This document shows positions 7,280 to 11,174 of a DNA stretch of 11,174 nt, in pieces. The stretch covers positions 1 to 11,174 of the forward strand of contig JAPNQO010000090.1 of NCBI GenBank assembly GCA_027251445.1, in the 5' to 3' direction. Origin of the DNA: Fidelibacterota bacterium (lineage in GTDB: Bacteria; Fidelibacterota; Marinisomatia; Marinisomatales; TCS55). The notes beneath the pieces were generated by a model. It was not told where the DNA came from and searched no databases. It saw only the letters and a program-made list of their open reading frames with translations. How positions within the stretch are numbered: the first letter of the stretch is position 1; every line of letters begins with the position of its first letter. The translations under genes were made by a program, and so were the position numbers.

Positions 7280-8413
7280 TTAAGAAAATATTTTATTAAT
7301 AGCATCTATGAGTGCTATCGAATCACTTTCATCATTATATGCATTAAAAGAAAAACGAAGCATATTTTTGTTATCCCATTTGAATATAGGGATCTCAATA
7401 TTATAATTGTTTAAAAGTTTATTTTTAATTGCTGTAGAATCATTAACCGGGATTTGAATGCTTGCCATTTGAGCTAACCAATCATCATTTATTGGACATA
7501 ATAAATCTGTTTTAAGAACATTCTGTAATGATATTAAAGTTTTTTTTGTTAAGCCTTTACATCTAGCTTTCACAAGATTCCAATTATTATCATTTTGAAA
7601 ATTGATTGCAGTAGGAACAGCTAAATAAGGACTGAAGTCGCGGGTTCCTTGGTATTGGTTTTCATTTATAAATGTACTCGGAGAAGGATCAACTTCCTTT
7701 CCCCAGCTAATAATTAATGGATCTATCATATCTTGAGTATCTTTTTTTACATACATAAATGATGAACCTTTTGGGGCACTTAACCATTTATGACATGCTC
7801 CTATATAAATATCTGGATCTAGAGCAGAAATATCCAATTGAATATGCCCTGGAACATGAGCTCCATCAATTATAGTCAATATTCCTTCATTTCTGGCGCG
7901 ATGGCATATTTCTTCTACAGGAAAAATTATTGCTGTTGGGCTCGTTATATGACTGATAAATATAATTTTAGTCTTTTTTGTTATTCCTTCCCAAAGATTA
8001 TCTAAAAATTTATCTCTCGTAGTAAAAGGAATTCTTAGGTGTTTTTGAGTTAAAGTATATCCTTTATTTTTGGAAAACCATTCCCACGCTCTTATCATTG
8101 CACCATATTCATGGTTTGATGTAAGAACTTCATAATTTTTATCAACCATTAAGCTTCTAATTACAGTATTAATAGCTGTAGTAGGATTTGGAATAAAAAT
8201 TATATCATCTGAATCACATGTTATTAGATTTGATAAATGTGTTCGAGATTCTTCTAAATATTTATAAACATCATGTGAAAAAAATTGAACAGGCTGATTC
8301 TCTAATAAGCGCTGCCAATTCTGATAGTTTTTAAAAACAGATTTTGGACATGCTCCAAATGAACCATGATTAAGAAAAATAATATTTTTTTCTAATAAAT
8401 AATGCTCCTTCAT
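7280..8413 (-). CDS. Class V PLP-dependent enzyme (isopenicillin N epimerase / L-cysteine desulfhydrase / Egt2-like C-S lyase subgroup)
   Basis: FLNHGSFGACP, HITSPTA, IDGAHVPG, PLP-lysine motif CHKWLSAPKGS, QGTRD and C-terminal LRFSFNAYN. Confidence 0.88.
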   Translation of the reverse strand: MKEHYLLEKNIIFLNHGSFGACPKSVFKNYQNWQRLLENQPVQFFSHDVYKYLEESRTHLSNLITCDSDDIIFIPNPTTAINTVIRSLMVDKNYEVLTSNHEYGAMIRAWEWFSKNKGYTLTQKHLRIPFTTRDKFLDNLWEGITKKTKIIFISHITSPTAIIFPVEEICHRARNEGILTIIDGAHVPGHIQLDISALDPDIYIGACHKWLSAPKGSSFMYVKKDTQDMIDPLIISWGKEVDPSPSTFINENQYQGTRDFSPYLAVPTAINFQNDNNWNLVKARCKGLTKKTLISLQNVLKTDLLCPINDDWLAQMASIQIPVNDSTAIKNKLLNNYNIEIPIFKWDNKNMLRFSFNAYNDESDSIALIDAINKIFS

Positions 8414-8415
8414 TA

Positions 8416-8841
8416 TTAAACAATTGATAATGATATGGATAACAATCCAATCATATTTAGAATAAAATAGTTTACTATTACAGCTGCACCATCATAATCC
8501 TTTGCCACACGCTGACCAAAAAAAAGAAAAATAAAATTTATTGAAGAAGTTAAAAAACCCAAAATGAGTAAATCGCTATTCGAAATAATAATATTATACA
8601 AAGCGCCCAAAAACAATAAAAAACCAGAGAGCAGTTCAATGATTGTGACAATTAATAATAATAAAGGGACATTCTTATTTAGTATAGAATCAGAAAAATG
8701 ATCAGATAACCAAGAAAGATTGCCTTTACGATCAAGAACTTTATCTATTCCGGATTGCAATAGTGCAATTGAAATAAAAATTCCTATTAATGAAGAAATA
8801 AGATCTAATAATAAAAATTCATACGTAAAAATATTATACAT
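8416..8841 (-). CDS. DoxX-family membrane protein
   Basis: About 4 hydrophobic segments, with LQSGIDKV.D.KGNL.WL..HF and FFGQRVAKDYDGAA motifs like those I recognise from Bacteroidota DoxX-type proteins. Confidence 0.75.
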   Translation of the reverse strand: MYNIFTYEFLLLDLISSLIGIFISIALLQSGIDKVLDRKGNLSWLSDHFSDSILNKNVPLLLLIVTIIELLSGFLLFLGALYNIIISNSDLLILGFLTSSINFIFLFFGQRVAKDYDGAAVIVNYFILNMIGLLSISLSIV

Positions 8842-8844
8842 TCT

Positions 8845-9564
8845 TTATCCTTCATCTATTAATTTTATTAATTCACTTCTAACATAATCACTTAATTCAT
8901 CAATTGTGTGATCTTTATATTTTTTGGCCTCAATCGGTTTACCATAATATATAGTAATAAAACCAGGTTTTAATTTCCAATCAGTTTTCTTTTTTGCTTC
9001 CCATGCACCTATAATTGCAACTGGTATTATTGTTGCTTTCGTATTAATTGCTAAATGAAATGGTCCTTTTTTGAAAAAACCTAATTCTCCTGAAATAGTT
9101 CGTGTTCCTTCAGGGGCTATTAAAAGAGAGGTGCCAGACGATACGACCTTTTCGGCTTCATCAAGACTATGAATAGCATCTTTTAATTTTTCTCGTTTAA
9201 TTGAAATAGCTTTATATCTCCTTAGAGCTGCGCCATATAATGGATAGGAATATTGATTTTCAGCGGCAACTCCTGTAAGATAATGACTTGTAGAACCAGC
9301 AATCATAAAATGATCAAACATTGATTGATGATTAAGCATATAAATGTAAGGCTGCTTATCTTTTGGCGGAATTTTACCTTTAATTATTAATAATTGTCCT
9401 GCGGATAATAAACAAGCTCTGCAAAATATTTTCATATAGACATGTGCAGTCTCTAGAGACACAAATGTTGTAACAATAAAATATCCAAAAATGCCAAAAG
9501 CAAATGTGGCAATAAAAATAGGCCACAATATAATGGATACAATTATCTTAAATATTCCAAGCAT
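8845..9564 (-). CDS. plsC: 1-acyl-sn-glycerol-3-phosphate acyltransferase (lysophospholipid acyltransferase family)
   Basis: Catalytic NHQSMFD (HX4D), APEGTR, FKKGPF, IIPVAI and an N-terminal TM segment. Confidence 0.88.
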   Translation of the reverse strand: MLGIFKIIVSIILWPIFIATFAFGIFGYFIVTTFVSLETAHVYMKIFCRACLLSAGQLLIIKGKIPPKDKQPYIYMLNHQSMFDHFMIAGSTSHYLTGVAAENQYSYPLYGAALRRYKAISIKREKLKDAIHSLDEAEKVVSSGTSLLIAPEGTRTISGELGFFKKGPFHLAINTKATIIPVAIIGAWEAKKKTDWKLKPGFITIYYGKPIEAKKYKDHTIDELSDYVRSELIKLIDEG

Positions 9565-10597
9565 TCAAATTAAGTTTATTAAATAGCTTATGATTTGATT
9601 TTGAAAAAGCATAGCGTTTAATATCATCCGGTTTAATCCAAGAAGCAAATTCTGAATTTATAAGATTATTATCTTGAAGATTACATTTGTATAAATTTAT
9701 TAAAATATCAAAATGAGAATATGAATGTTTTATTGTAGTAATCTTTCTATTTATTGATACAGTAATATTATAAGTCATTTTTATGTATTTAAATAATTGA
9801 TCATTCGGGGATATGTAAGTATTTAACTCAATAGTTGGGAGTTCCCAGAGCCCGCCTAACATTGTGTTAAGAGGTCTTTTAACAATAAAAAATTTATCTT
9901 TATTGAAAATAATAGCTGCCGCTAAGCGCTTAAGGGGTTTTATTCTTTTAGGTTTTTTAAATGGATACTGTAATGGAGAAGAAGTTTTCATTGCTTTACA
10001 TAAGCTAGAAATAGGGCAGATATAACAATCAGTTTTAATAGGTGTACAAATAGATGAACCTAAATCCATTAGAGCTTGATTAAAATCACCAGGCCTATCC
10101 TTATCTATAAATTTCTCTACAGTATTATTAATGCGCTTATTATTGTAAGGGGTTAGGTATTTAATTTTTAAGACTCGGCACATAATACGTTTAATATTTG
10201 CATCAATTGCCGTAAGTGGAAGGTTTTTTACTATGGAATAAACAGCTGATGAGATATAGTTACCGACTCCGGGCAATTTGAGGAAATCAGCTTCATTTTC
10301 AGGTAATTGAGAATCATATTTATTAAACAAAATTTTGCAGGATTTATGAAAATTTACACAACGGGAATAATAGCCTAAACCTTCCCACAATTTTAATAAT
10401 TCATCTATATTTGATACAGCAACAGATTCAATGGAAGGAAATCTTATAAACCATTTTGTATAAAAAGGTATTACGGTTTTTACTTGTGTCTGCTGAAGCA
10501 TAACCTCTGACACATATACAGGATAAAATAAATTTGATTTTCTCCAGGGTAAATCTCGTTTATTATGATCATACCATTTCAATAGAGCTGGGGACAT
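9548..10597 (-). CDS. mutY: A/G-specific adenine DNA glycosylase
   Basis: RDLPWR, SEVMLQQTQV, WEGLGYYSR, HhH LPGVG, catalytic DAN, [4Fe-4S] motif C-x6-C-x2-C-x5-C and a C-terminal NUDIX-like domain (GGLWELP, HSYSHF). ATG 10597 chosen; TTG 10615 is an alternative. Confidence 0.96.
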   Translation of the reverse strand: MSPALLKWYDHNKRDLPWRKSNLFYPVYVSEVMLQQTQVKTVIPFYTKWFIRFPSIESVAVSNIDELLKLWEGLGYYSRCVNFHKSCKILFNKYDSQLPENEADFLKLPGVGNYISSAVYSIVKNLPLTAIDANIKRIMCRVLKIKYLTPYNNKRINNTVEKFIDKDRPGDFNQALMDLGSSICTPIKTDCYICPISSLCKAMKTSSPLQYPFKKPKRIKPLKRLAAAIIFNKDKFFIVKRPLNTMLGGLWELPTIELNTYISPNDQLFKYIKMTYNITVSINRKITTIKHSYSHFDILINLYKCNLQDNNLINSEFASWIKPDDIKRYAFSKSNHKLFNKLNLNAWNI

Positions 10598-10602
10598 ATT
10601 AT

Positions 10603-10615
10603 TTGTATTATACAA
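10603..10615. promoter_or_regulatory. Palindrome TTGTAT-N-ATACAA, copy 1 (between marR stop and mutY ATG); putative MarR operator
   Basis: TTGTATTATACAA, a perfect 6-1-6 inverted repeat identical to 11044-11056. Confidence 0.55.
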
Positions 10616-11041
10616 TTATTTGGTACGTAGAAGTTTTTTCGATAAGATCCAATGCAATGTGGTTAAAGCTTCTCTTATATCATTTCTATCTTCAGGGTTT
10701 ATAGTATTAATAATATCTAACCCAAAATCATTAATCTTATTATCAATTTCCTGTCTTATTTTTTCACCTTTAACCGTAATTTTAACAAATACTACTCTTT
10801 TGTCATTTTCTCCTTTAAACTTTTCCACCCAGCCATTTCTTATTAAAATACCAATTAACCTAGTCATTGTACTATTATCTACACCCATTTGCTTTGAGAG
10901 TGAGGACATATCTGTACCCTCTGATGAAATAGATGATAAAAGCAGGATCTGTGGAAGGGTTAGATCTGTGTTGGTTACCCGATAACGAAATAATGACTGA
11001 AGGTCAAGGAGGAAAGCCTTGAGCAGTTCACCAAATTCCAT
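10616..11041 (-). CDS. MarR-family winged-helix transcriptional regulator
   Basis: LTLPQILLL...MSSLSKQMGVDNSTMTRLIGILIRNGWV...DKRVVFVKITVKG shows the HTH, the wing DxR and the (L/I)TxxG motif. ATG 11041 preferred to TTG 11056. Confidence 0.92.
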   Translation of the reverse strand: MEFGELLKAFLLDLQSLFRYRVTNTDLTLPQILLLSSISSEGTDMSSLSKQMGVDNSTMTRLIGILIRNGWVEKFKGENDKRVVFVKITVKGEKIRQEIDNKINDFGLDIINTINPEDRNDIREALTTLHWILSKKLLRTK

Positions 11042-11043
11042 TA

Positions 11044-11056
11044 TTGTATTATACAA
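11044..11056. promoter_or_regulatory. Palindrome TTGTAT-N-ATACAA, copy 2 (immediately upstream of marR); putative autoregulatory operator
   Basis: TTGTATTATACAA, 2 nt upstream of the marR ATG and overlapping a minus-strand TATAAT. Confidence 0.65.
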
Positions 11057-11075
11057 CTATAATATAATTATTCAA
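11048..11075 (-). promoter_or_regulatory. Putative sigma70-type promoter of marR
   Basis: Minus strand TTGAAT (11075-11070), 16-nt spacer, TATAAT (11053-11048). Confidence 0.45.
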
Positions 11076-11081
11076 ATATTT

Positions 11082-11174
11082 TTATTTAAAGTCTGGAAGG
11101 TTTTTTAATATTTCTGAATGTTCATCTAAAACATTATAAACTATCTTAAATATTTCATCTGAGTACTTACCATG
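11082..11174 (-). CDS. C-terminal end of an unidentified CDS entering from the right edge
   Basis: Open frame HGKYSDEIFKIVYNVLDEHSEILKNLPDFK* ends in TAA at 11082-11084. Too short to assign. Confidence 0.5.
   Translation of the reverse strand, partial: HGKYSDEIFKIVYNVLDEHSEILKNLPDFK

Noticed and set aside
7258..7281. Hairpin AAATAAG-TATT-CTTATTT between convergent genes
   Set aside because: The position suits a bidirectional terminator, but the 7-bp stem has only one GC pair, too weak to call.
8829..8841. ATGTATAATATTT at the doxX start, resembling the marR palindrome
   Set aside because: Only a degenerate half-match inside coding sequence in AT-rich DNA.
10620..10985. 121-aa plus-strand ORF
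   Set aside because: Antisense shadow of the MarR gene.
1..11174. tRNA/rRNA, CRISPR arrays, IS elements, prophage or defence genes
   Set aside because: Intergenic gaps are all 156 nt or less, and I saw no repeat-spacer periodicity, transposase or integrase motifs, or cloverleaf structures.

Overview
AT-rich bacterial chromosomal segment of mostly minus-strand housekeeping and Fe-S-related genes; gene order and protein style suggest the FCB superphylum, possibly Marinimicrobia-like (inference only). There are three blocks. (1) An envelope operon, uppS-bamA-skp-lpxD, with lpxD running off the left edge. (2) An Fe-S block: two divergent ferredoxin genes around a Fur-box-like palindrome, followed by an Mrp/ApbC-family ATPase that contains no cysteine, an uncharacterised multi-pass membrane protein (GHWYL and STQSATG motifs) and a translationally coupled small membrane protein with three CxxC motifs. 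(3) A run of marR-mutY-plsC-doxX-class V PLP enzyme, in which the marR gene is bracketed by two identical copies of the 13-bp palindrome TTGTATTATACAA. I saw no RNA genes, mobile elements or CRISPR arrays. The best candidates for undescribed biology are the Cys-less Mrp + membrane protein + CxxC protein module and the putative MarR operator in front of mutY.
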